Source: Candidatus Omnitrophota bacterium
GTDB lineage: Bacteria > Omnitrophota > Gorgyraeia > JAHJTE01
Direction of reading: 5' to 3'
Assembly (NCBI GenBank): GCA_040753675.1
Contig: JBFMEB010000008.1
Location: 6,736-70,735 of the forward strand
DNA: 64,000 nucleotides
The first letter of the stretch is position 1, and each line of letters opens with the position of its first letter. The notes beneath the pieces were generated by a model. That model saw nothing but the letters and a program-made list of their open reading frames with translations, searched no databases and was not told the DNA's origin. The position numbers were made by a program, and so were the translations under genes. Of the stretch, positions 39,001 to 51,000 are shown one piece after another.

Positions 39001-42000
39001 CGTAGAGATAGCAATTAAAGGTCAAGAAGAATTAGATAGATTAAGGAAAGAAGCTCTGGCAAAGTCCGATGCAAAGGAGCAAACTAAAGTAGAGGCGCCT
39101 AAAATCGAAGCTTCAATAGTTAGTCCGGAAGTTCAGAGTCGCAATCGCCATAGAATTGGCAGTAGAGTTCTTTGCGGTGTATGGTATTCCAGAGGCGGCA
39201 AAGGTGCAGTCAGCGCTAACAGCGTGTTAGTTAAATTCTTATATTCTGTTCTTGGTCTTTATCCGCAGGGCTTTCCAAAATTTGGTCCAGAGCGTCAAGG
39301 TGCTCCGATTGAGGCTTTTGCAACTTTTAGCGGTGCAGAGATTTTACCAGTAGGCGAACCTGAAGTTAAAGAGATGGGTCTGGTATTAGACTTAGCTGCC
39401 TGGCCAGAGTTTTATAAGAATTTAGGACCTGAGGCAGTAATGGTAGTGAATACTAACCTTTCGCCAGAAGAATTAAGAAAATCAAAAGGCATAAAAGGTG
39501 GAAAGATTTATACTGTGAATGCAGCGAGTCTTGCTCAGGAGCATGTGGGAAGCCGCGGCCATCCGAATATGGTGGTATTGGGTACGGTGCTACGAGCTTT
39601 GAAATATTATGGATTAGAGTTTGATATAGACACACAAAGCTTACGAAATCAGATAAGAATCTGGCTGGGTGAGTCTTTAGCCGCAGCCCTGGTAGATAAG
39701 AATATGCAAGGGTTAATTGTCGGATATAAACAGACGAGAGAGGAAAAAAGTTCGCCTTCTGCTCTACCAGAAAGATTTGAAGAAGGTTTTCAAGATATCC
39801 CGCCTCGCGGCAAAATAATGACTGGTTGCGGAGCAGCGGTACAGGTTATTAAACGCACTTCAGAATTAATACCAACGATGTTCTCGGGCTATCCCATTAC
39901 ACCGAATACACATATCCCAGAATGGGTCAATGGATTACTTGCTGCCGGAGAGATTGATATTGAATACGTGCGCGCTGATTCTGAACATTCTGCTATAAGT
40001 GCAGGATTATCAGGGGTTTTGACCGGCGCTTTCGCCTTTGATGCCTCAAGCTCTGTCGGTATTACTTATAAAGGGGATGTCCTACCTGCACTTGATGATT
40101 TACGCACGCAAGGGTTCTTAATGTTTGCAGGCAACCGTGAGGTAAACGCTAATCTTAATATCCACCGCGGTCATTCAGATACGATGCTTATTCGCGATAC
40201 AGGTTTTATTCAAATTTATGCAGCGACTCAACAAGAGGTTTATGATTTAGGCATGATTGGGGTTTTGACTTCATTAGTTGCCTCCTTCCCGGTGATAGTT
40301 GCAATGGACGGTTTTTATCTTACTCATACAACAAATTTAGTTGAGCTCTTAAGAGAAGAGGAGTCAGAGCGATTGTTCCGGCAGGTCGCCATAAGATATT
40401 TAAGTCCTATATTCAGCGCTGAAGAATTAGATGGTAAATCAACAATTGAATTATTAAGAATGATGCGTAATCGGCCTACTCTTTATTCGTCCGGGTTTAC
40501 TTTTGGCGGTATAGACTTACCCCATGTATTTAGCGAACACAATTACCAGACCACATTTGAAGCAAGCCGAATTGCCACAAAAGAGGCATTTAAGATGGTG
40601 GCACAAATATTCGCTGATGTTTCTGGCAGGCGCTATAGTTTCTTCGATACTTACAAAATTGAGGATGCAGATACAGTTATTTCAGTCTTAGGCTCAACTG
40701 CCCGAACAGCAAAACAAGCAATTAATGAGCTAAGGAGAGAAGGATTAAGAGTCGGCCTAGTTAGCCCAACTGTATATCGGCCTTGGCAGGAGCAAGATGT
40801 GATAAAAGCTCTAAAAGGGGCAAAGTCTGTGGTTAGCGTTGATATCTTTAATGCGCCAGGCATAACTTATTCGCCTTTAGCTGCTGATATTGCTATCGCC
40901 TTATATTGGCAAAGGATTAATTTACCTTTGATTGACAGGATTATGGGATTAGGCGGCAGGGACATACGGGTAAGTGAATTAAAGTATATTTTGAAAAATG
41001 CTATTATCTTAGAGGCAGCTAATTTTGCAAAAGAAGAAGACGCGAGATTTATTCAGTCATTACTTGAAGAAGAAGAATTTGCATCTATTTTCGAGTGCTT
41101 AGTTGAGATTGAGATATCCAAGTTAGCCTGGCATGCTGGCTATACGGTTGTTGATGAACAACAAAAGAGAGAAAGAAGACAAGAGTTCGCTTCCAATCTT
41201 AGAGAATTATTATTAACACGTAATTATCCATTATTTTTAGGTGTTAAAGAATATACCCAGGTAAGGAGAGAGAGCCGAGAATTAGAATTAAGAGAGAGAT
41301 TAGCTCGTTTGATAGAAATTAGAATTAGCCGCCAAAGATTAATTCAAAGAGAAAAACTCTCAACTGAAGAATTAAGCTATAGCAGAAAAGTTTTGTTACA
41401 TCTGTCAACTAAAGAGCAAGACAAGACATCGGCAGAAACATTATTATTAAGTTTTGCATTATTTGCGCTATTCTTTACCAACATAGATATCCAGCCCCTA
41501 TTGAAAGTGCTCTTTGATTTAGGTTCATTAGCCTTTGTCTTAGGCATGGTATTTAGAAGCAAGAAAAGCCAATACACATTTCATCCTGACAAAAAAATAA
41601 ATGCAAGCATAGCTGCAGTTTATGAAGTGGCCAGAAAACTTGAAGAGAGAAGCATACGACCGACTTGGGAAAATATAGAACAAGCAATGAGACAGGGCTG
41701 CCAATCTTTGGAGCATTGGTATATAGCAAAGTCATATGTATTCCGTGGACAGATTTTTGACGAAAGACTAGGAGAGCTTAGATCTAATTTGGAAGTCAGC
41801 GACGAATATGGAAATTCGCAAAACCTAACTAATATAGAACCAGGTTCTCTAAGAGGGTTTGCTGCAGTTAATCTAATCTTAGAGAAACGTCTTGCAGGAA
41901 TGGGTGATTTGGCCTTTATGGTAAATACTGCACAGGCGCTAAAGAGATTATATCCTTCAAAGACAATTCGCGTACTCTTTCATACTCGTGATGATTTTAT

Positions 42001-45000
42001 AGTTTTTTCCAGCTTAGAGTTTGTTCAGGGCTTAAGGGTAGATGAAAAGACGCAGGAAATAGAGGGCATAGTTTATATCGATGCTTCAGAAAATCCGCAA
42101 GGGATAGAAGAAGCAGTTATTGGGCCAGATGATTTAGCAGTTATTTATGCTGTTTATCCAGATGAATTCTACGAAGGTCAACTTCTTAATGCAAATGCAG
42201 TTTCTTCCGGAAACTTTACAATTATAAATCCTCTAAATGATGCCTCATCGTTCAGACCAGAATTTTCAGGAAGTAATGCTGCTGCCAGAATTAATATTCA
42301 TGAATTAGGACGAGATGTGTCTTTGATTAGCTCAAATACAACATCAGATTATGCCATTGGCTTAAGTGATGATAAATTAGGTCCGACGCCTGTGAGCAGA
42401 GATTTTATCAGAAAATTAGATGCTTTGAGGGATAATAACATATACCTTGAAAGATTGAACGTTCTTAGAAACATTCGTGGCAGTGTTGTCTTGGATGTTG
42501 ATAAGTTATCTAGGGCAAATTGGGGTTTTGTTTATGCTCATAGAGAACACAGTATGGATGAGTATTTTGCAGCTTTTAAACAGGCACGTCAGGATTTGCA
42601 ATTTGCTAAAAAGGAAGTTCTTATATTTATGGTCTGCGGCCTTGGAGATGCATGCGTACGCCAGAGGGTTATAAAGATTGGTACAGAAGAAGGGTTTAAT
42701 GTTTATTTCTATGAGAATGAACAGACACCTATAAGAGCTTTAGTCGAAACAGATAGTCCCGTGACTATCATTATCAATTGCGGCTTAACCCGCCCACGAT
42801 TTAACGAGCTCTTCTTATTAAGCGATAATTTGCCTGCTTTAATTACTGGCCAGGATAATTTAAGCAATATGCTTTACCTTAATAGCCATACCAGCGGAAG
42901 GGCTTTTGTCTGGGAGATTTTAGGATTTCAGGAATTGGCGTTAAGAGAGTTTCTTAAGGCAAGCCGCCAGGCTCTACCCGAAAAAGATGCAGAGTTTATA
43001 GATAGAACTTTACATATTAATAATCAGTTCTCTTCAGAGGCCCGAGATGCTCTTACGCACTTGTTTATTCATCACGATGAATATCGCAGCCTATATCGCA
43101 GATTAAGTTTAGGCATATTAGATAGGTTTAATTTTGAGAAAAGAATATCTTCAGCCATAACCGCAGCGGCCAACAGCAATTCAAATAACAGAGTAAATAG
43201 AGGTACCAAAACCTATTTTGGGCCAGAAGGGCTAAAGATTGAGCCGCTCAGCGATGAAAACAAAGGCAATCTACTCCTTGGCAAAGAAGAGTCAGAAGCT
43301 TGGTGGATATTAAATGAAAGAGTAAGCAAGGCAGCAGTATTAGACGGCAAAGTCGTTGGTTCTTATATCGTAAAGATTGAGTTAGATGAACAGACTTATG
43401 AAGCGTTCTTAGGTAGAGGCAGGGTAAACGTGGACGAACAATTGCGTAGAAAAGGCGTTGGCAGGGCATTGCTTTTTGCATCCATTAAAGAGGCAATCGA
43501 TCGCAGAATATCTACCTGTCGGCTTTATATTGAGGAAGATAATGAGAGGATGTTGAATTTAGCTTTCCAGATTGGATTTGTTAAGGAAGGCCCTTTAGAA
43601 AAATACGGTCAAAAATATTTGATAGTTAGAGCAGATTCGCAGGATGTTTACAGAAATATACTTCTTGGCTTTATTGATTACTTAGAAACGCAAAATGTTG
43701 GCAAGATTACCGTAGAAAGAGAAGGAGAGATACCAGAACAAATCAGCTTGGATGAGGCAAAGAATAGATTAAATGCTGGTACCTTAGAATTTAATATCTC
43801 AAAACACACCTGGTTTGGAAAGAAATCGGTTAGCTTACCTGAACAATCAAGGGTAGATACAACTCTTACTAGAGTCTTGGATGTAAAATTTGCAACTCGG
43901 ACCCTTAAAAAACGCGTAGATGAGATCAAATTTTTAATCCATGATTTGCGCTATAGAAGGTTTATTCTAAAGGTTATTGCAATACATAGCCAACTAATTG
44001 GCATTATAGAGAATCACTCAGATTTTGTAAGCACATTGAAAGAGGAAAATGAAAGCGTAGCTAAGTTAAGGTTATTATATGAGAATAGCGTAAGGGGTAG
44101 AGAATCAGACGATAAGATTATGAAAAAAGGACTTGCCTTTATAATAGCTTTAGAAAAGCTATGCTCTAAGTTAGAAGGTTCAAAGTTCAATGATTTTGAA
44201 AAGATATCAGCAATTTTACCTTCCCATTCTACTTTACTAGATGAAAAAGAAGATTTTCAGAATTGTTTAAAATGGTTAAGTTCGGTAAGAAAACGCATAG
44301 AGCACTTTAGGCATTATTTTAAAGCAGGAGACATTATTGAAGAATTTGATGTAGGTGAAATTATTTCTGATTATGTCGAGCGTGTTTTAAAAACTTATGT
44401 GGTTCAGACAAGCAAAAGTGTAGATATAAGATTGCGTAGCGTCTATCGTGGGAGCATAAAAGGAAGCATCTCGCGATTCAGAAGGATGTTTTTTAATCTG
44501 GTGATGAACGCCGTAGATGCTATGGCAGGCGGACAATACGGTTTGGTTATTATTGATGTAGAGGCTACCGAGTCAATAATATATTTAAAGGTTTCTGATA
44601 GTGGCAAGGGGATGTCTAAGGAAAGAATAGACTATCTCCTTATGCCGAGGAATAATTTGGATGGCGAATTACACTCTTTAGGTTTTGAATTTGTAAAACA
44701 GACAGTTGCTGATTTAGGAGGGTGGGTAGCAATTGATAGCAAATTAGGTAGAGGTACGATTGTTATCGTTAGCCTACCTCGGCTAAGTAAAATAGGCCGG
44801 ACCGGGAAGATAAGAGGTTCAGAAGAGGAAACAACAACTCGCGAGGGCCCCATACTTAGAGAAGATAGCATTAGAGCACCAATAAAAGTTAAGAGGCAGG
44901 AATATGGAAGGATTATAGAGAGTGATTTTGATAGCACAATAAGACATAAATATCCTGGTAGTATTTTCTCAATTAGTCTTGACCACAAAGGCGAAGTCGA

Positions 45001-48000
45001 CTTTTTTGCACATAGGCCTTATCAGGATGATGAAAAGATAATGCATAGTTATCTAGTTGACGGCATAATGATTAGCAATAGTGCACTATTTAGAGGAAGG
45101 TTTGAGGATTTGCCTGGGTATGAAAAAGTTTTAAAGTTAGCTTTTCCGCTTGGATGGAGAGAGTATTTAGAGGAAAAGAAACTTTGGCAACTAATGAAAG
45201 ATAATCCACAAGAAACGAATATAGCTATTGTCAAAAGAATGGAGCATAACGATGCTGTTTTGATTGCTCGTATCTTAATTGATACAGGAATGAATCCAGG
45301 TACATTAGTTACTTTTGAATTACAAGATTTGAGAACGTGTTTCGAAGTTTTTGACCAAGGTTTTTCTTCAGACCCATTTACTTTGAAAGAATTAGCAGAA
45401 AAAGAACTTTTAGAAGTAAAATTAGCTCTTCAAGACCGCTCTAGCCAGGGGTTAGACGATGAAACCATTGACCGCGAAATCAAACGTTTCGGCGGCATTG
45501 AAAAAATTCTTAAAAAAGGCAGAGTATTAAAATACGATGGTAACATCATCAGATCTCTTAAAGAGCAGCAAGGAGATAGGCTTGTCCAAATTATTATTAA
45601 GGGCATTGATAAAGCAGCATTAAATTTGCGCTTTGAGGGCTATCTGGAATTCCTTAATTTAATACAAAGTCGCGGTATTCATTTTGCGCGAGCTCCGGAT
45701 GGCTGGTCAATTGGAGCAGCCATTGGTTTACTATATGGCTGGCAACCTGTAATTATCCTTCCACAGAAAGTCACGCCAAAAATTATTGCCCACGAAATTC
45801 AAGCTGTCCTTATTCCTGATCTCACTCATGAAGAAAACCTGTTTATCGACGCAACGTTATCAAAAAATCCTCCGGCATTGTCGTATGATTTATACCAACG
45901 CATCAAGCAAGGGCTTCGTGGAGAATTTATCCGTTCCAAAGTTCTTGATCGAAGCGCTTCAGATAGTGCGACAAATATTGCTGACCTTGGCAAGGCACTT
46001 TCTTATTTAATAGGCACAAAGATTCCCGGCTTTAGGGATGACGATTTTGGCCAGATGGCAAGAGATTTTGTGGCAGAAAGAGTTTCATTAGATACGGCTA
46101 AAGAATGGGATGAACGAGGTTCTTATAAAGATGATGCTGGCAATGTTGTTGTTCCGGATGGTTTTAGAGCTGTCTTACTTGAGTTGTCAGAATTAGGATA
46201 TTTTTCTATGAACGTTCCGGATGAATATAGACCGGAAGAATTCAAAGGCCTGGTGATAGATTCTTTTGATTTGTATCGCGTTATAGTCGAGCTCTCGAAG
46301 GGTTGTCCTGCTCTGGCAGTAACCCTTGCTGTGCATTTTACAACAGTTTATGCTATTGCTAATTTTGGCACAGAAGAGCAGAAAAAACTATATCTACCAA
46401 AATTAGCAAGAGGATTAGCTGAAGGGGGGGTGGTTGGAGCAATCGCTGCGACTGAGCCGGATGCTGGGTCTGATGTCGGTAATATAGCATTGAAAGCGCA
46501 TGAAGATGGCGAATTTTTTGTTTTAGAAGGCAATGTTAATAAGATATTTATTTCTACTGCTGGCTTAGCCGATATTTATATAGTTCTTGCTGTTACTGGA
46601 ACTATAAAACAAGAAGGCAAAAAAGACAAAAAAGAAATTACTGCTTTTCTGGTTGAGCCAAGTATGAAAGGATTTGAGATTGGTAAAGTAGAACATAAGT
46701 TAGGCCAGAGGGCATCTCCGACAGCTGTATTGTCTTTTACTGATGTAAGAGTGCTAAAAGAAAATATGGTAGGTACACGCGGCAAAGGCTTGAATGTTTT
46801 TCTGGGAATGATGGACCCTGGCAGAATCGGTATTGCCGCGGTTGCCTCTGGTATTATTGAGGCGGCTTTTAGAGACGCAAAAGAATATGCAGCACAAAGA
46901 AGACAATTTAAAAAACTAATAGAGGAATTTCCAGCTATCCGTGATATGTTAGCAGAGGCAGAACTTGCTGAAATTTGTAGCAAGCTTTTGCTTTACTGGG
47001 CTGCTTATTTAAAAGATTTGCAAGTAGATAGGAATTTGTTGATTTTGGCTGCTTCCAGCGCCAAACTCTTTAATTCAGAAAAAGCTTGCAAAGTTAGTGA
47101 TGCAGATATTCAAATCCATGGCGGTTATGGATATATGAAGGAGTATCCTGCTGAAAGATTATTGCGCGATGCACGGGTAACCAGACTATATGAAGGAACT
47201 TCACAGATTCAACGCGTGGTAATTACCCGCACATTAATAGAGCTCGTTAGTAAAACTGAGAGTGCTTCATTTGTGGATATGATGGACGAGTTTACTAAAG
47301 CAATAGATGAATTCTTCAAAGGAATTCATTTTGAGAAAGATTCTCAGTATGATGTTTATTTAAGCTTAGTTTATCGAAGGCTTAAAGCAAGCGAGCAATC
47401 TTTATTATTAGAACTAAGGTCTTTAAAAGAAAATCCCAAGAAGGGCTGGTATGAAGAGACAATCAGCAACATATTTATTTATCTTACTATTACGAGGTTA
47501 ATGCTATTTGTAAGTTTATCGCTTAAGAACGAGATTAAAACTAACTCAGGTAGAGTGGGTGAAGGTCAGTTACAGAAATTCATAAGGTACGCCAAATTAG
47601 CGCAATGGCACCTTGAAAAGGCAATTGCTTCGCATAACCACCAACATGCAAAAGTTAATATTATAGAAGATACTGTACTTGGGATTTTTGCCACAGATAC
47701 AGTTGCCACAGATACTGTTAGCAACCTTGTCAATTCTGATTCTAATATTGCTAATTGGTTAGTAGGGGGAATCTATGCTTTATTCGTCGTTATAGCTATT
47801 ATGTGGTGTATTGCAAGAAAGATTAAGTTAAATATGCAACGCAAAGAAACCGTCACAGTTAAGCCAGCAACAGAAAATGGCGTACAGGCAAAATTCGAAA
47901 GGTTTTATAGAGGGCTTGAGAAAGGCAGAATAACTTCTGATGAAATTAAAGCAAAACTTAGGGCCCTTGATATTAGTCAAAGAGATTTAGAAAATTTATT

Positions 48001-51000
48001 GAAATTGCCAGAATTTAATTCTGATGAAATGCAAGATATTATTTATGGAGTTTTAGCAGTTTTGAAAGACTCTTCTCTTAAATTAAATGTTATCGGATGG
48101 CAATACGGTATACCTGTAGTTTTCGTTGCTTCAGATTCTCAAGCCAGTATTGATCTAGTTACTACTTCATCTGAAGAAGTCATGCCACTCTCAGAACCCA
48201 CAAGAGCACCCAAGCCACCTTCTCAAACTAAAACAAGAAGGAAAAATGCCAGAAGAGTCAAAAGGCAAAAGGGAGACAAGTCGGCACAAAGAGAGGAGAC
48301 GAAGGTTGAAAAGAGTAAGCCTCAAAGATCTGAAACAGGAACAGATAGTCAACTTCTTAAACAACTTGTCGATGCAGTAAGGCACAATAAAGCCCAGATT
48401 GAGACGATTATAAGCAATTGGTTTGCCTATAAACTTAGTGAAGATGAAATTCGCAGAGTTGTTTGTGCAATTTCCAGACTTCATAAACATCAAAAGTTAC
48501 GCGATTCGGATATTAGGCGAGAGATTAGGGAAATATTAAAAGAAGCTGGAATTGAATTTGAACAAGTCAGTTCCAGCCCTAAAGCCTATCCTTTCCCAGG
48601 AACAATTTTAACTGTCTTAAGCGCTTCTTCCGGTGGCCTGCCTGCAGAAATCATTTATCTGGGTCTATTCTTAGATTTATTAATCCTCGCCGGATTAAGC
48701 GGATTATTTTTTGCTCACTTCTTGAGAAACTTTATAAAGTTTCTTATTACGCGCCTGTCCGCCAACGCTTTGTGGCGGAGATTAGCGCGGATAAGAACAG
48801 GAGGATTTGCGCAGATTAAAGAAAACAGATTGGCACAGATAACATTCGTGACTGTAGCGGCTTTGATTTTATTGATGGCTTCAATTGCCAATGCCCAGGC
48901 TCCAAGCAATGAATCAGACGTTCTAGCAGTTGCTTCAAATTCAGGATTTATTAGCAAGTTTTTCACACAAGAAAATATTGTTTGGTTGGCAATTAGCGCA
49001 ATAGTTGGCATAGCTGTTGGGGGATTCTTAAATATAGTGATGAGAATTTTTAAACGGTCAGTTAATGCTTATGTAAATGTTATAATATTTATTATTTGCA
49101 CTTCTGCTTTTTATTCAGGTTTTATTAACACTACTTACAAGTTAGACTTAGGGGCATATAGTGGTTTAGCCATAGCTACGATATTTGTTTTGATTTTTGG
49201 AATTAGGTTTATTAAAGTTGAGATTCCGCCTTTTGTTAAAACTTTAGAGCGAGAAATAAAAGATGGTTTTCTTGAAGGTATAGATTCTATTATAGCCGGC
49301 GTAGAAAGTGCACAAGTGCACAAGGAAAAAAGAACTACTTTTCTAACAGCCAGGAAGTTACCGGATTGGCAGGTAAATGGTCTAATCGGAAAACTTATGC
49401 ATAGCGTAGGCATAGCAGCATTTGCTGCCTGGAGACGGTCCGCAAAGAATTGTTCTCTTGCCAGCCGTTTGGGTAATGCCCAGGCGAACCAGGCTATGGC
49501 TGATTCTCTCGATGCTTTAAATATTTGCATTGCCACACAAACTGAGGAAGGAATAAGGAGGGGGCAGGAAACAATGCCAATAGGAATTTATGGTCTCAGG
49601 CGTTTATTTAATCCTACTGCAAGTCCGGATGTAACAGCTGTAATTGATCCAGTTGATTGCCGTCAGGGCCTGGGTAGAAGCTCATATATTGACCCCATAT
49701 CTGTTGCCTCGTTTGATATTACTAAACGATTTGGTTTTAAACTTAAGAGTGCGCCTAAATTTCCGGATATTGTATTTATGAACAGGATCTTTGCCCCTGA
49801 AGGAATTGACGTCGATATAGATGATATAGATTATAGTCTTAGCAGAGTTGCAGCAGAGGTCTCTAAATCGACCCATAATTTGGAAGATTTGTCGCCAAGG
49901 AAGTTGTTCGGGTTAAAAGTAGCGATTCTTTTGAGAACAAGACATCATGATTACATCAACACATTACTTACTCGCCTTGGCATTAGGTACGAAGATATTC
50001 CGCAAGAATACAGAGATTATTTTAGCAAAGATTATAATAATGGTTTGGCTCATATAGATATAGCCTCTATTGGACTTTTAAGAGAAAAGCTCGATAATAG
50101 AGAAGGCGAGTTAATCTTAAATAATGCACAGGACGGCCGTCTCATACTTTTTAACGATGGCGATGTCCAGAAAGGCAAAGAATTATTGGATGGAAGAATT
50201 CATATTCTTCTGGGTGCGGGTGGCACTACAGAGACATACATTATTTTGAGGATGGCTCAAGGCAGGATTTCTTTTTCCGGCAGGTTAGTCTCTGGTCATA
50301 AGACGACTCTTTCTTTTCCTTTGGCTCAGGTCAATTCCGCAGAGGCAAGGAGATTTACCCAGGGGGAAGCTAAGGATTTGAGTGAGAGAAAGATAAATCC
50401 AGCTAAAAAATACACTGTCAGAGATTTAACTGTTGGCCCATACAATATTACGGTTTCTGTTGCCATAAGGCATATCGAGATATCAGATGATGGCGAGTTT
50501 ATTAGTATCCCCTATTTAGTTTCTTCTCCTTTAGGGCGTTTCAGTATAATAGTAAAATATAGGACTAAATTGTATGATTTAAATAAAACCTTCAAGAGGT
50601 TAAGTTCCAGAGCGACTGACTTCGAAGGAGAAAGCCAAATAATTGATATTGCCAAGCTCTACGCAGAGCTTAGATTGTATGAAAGGGCTGATGCAATATT
50701 TTCCATCTTAGCGCCAGATGGGGATAAGCAACAATGGCAAAAATATTATGATGTTTTGAGATCAATTTTAACTGGCGATGACGTCAGCCTGCCTCTCGCA
50801 GAGTCTAAATTAAGCCATATAAGGAATGTAAATAGCGAAGCTGCCAGATTGTTTGAGTTGGTAAGAACTGCCGGCAAAAAATTGCCCAAAGATGAGAAGA
50901 GGCAATCTCTTGTTTCACTTGCCGGTAGTGCTATACGTTCCAGAGGGTCGCTAAGAGATGAGCGTTTAGATAGACTCTATGGACAGCTAAAAGAAACAGA

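Noticed and set aside
1530-46010. Seven short + strand ORFs in frame +3, including 30567..30812
   Set aside because: They are off-frame overlaps of the giant ORF without motifs. 30567..30812 merely reads the palindromic elements in another phase.
47690-47719. 15-nt tandem duplication (ATDTV ATDTV)
   Set aside because: Only two units in a linker; likely a simple slippage event.
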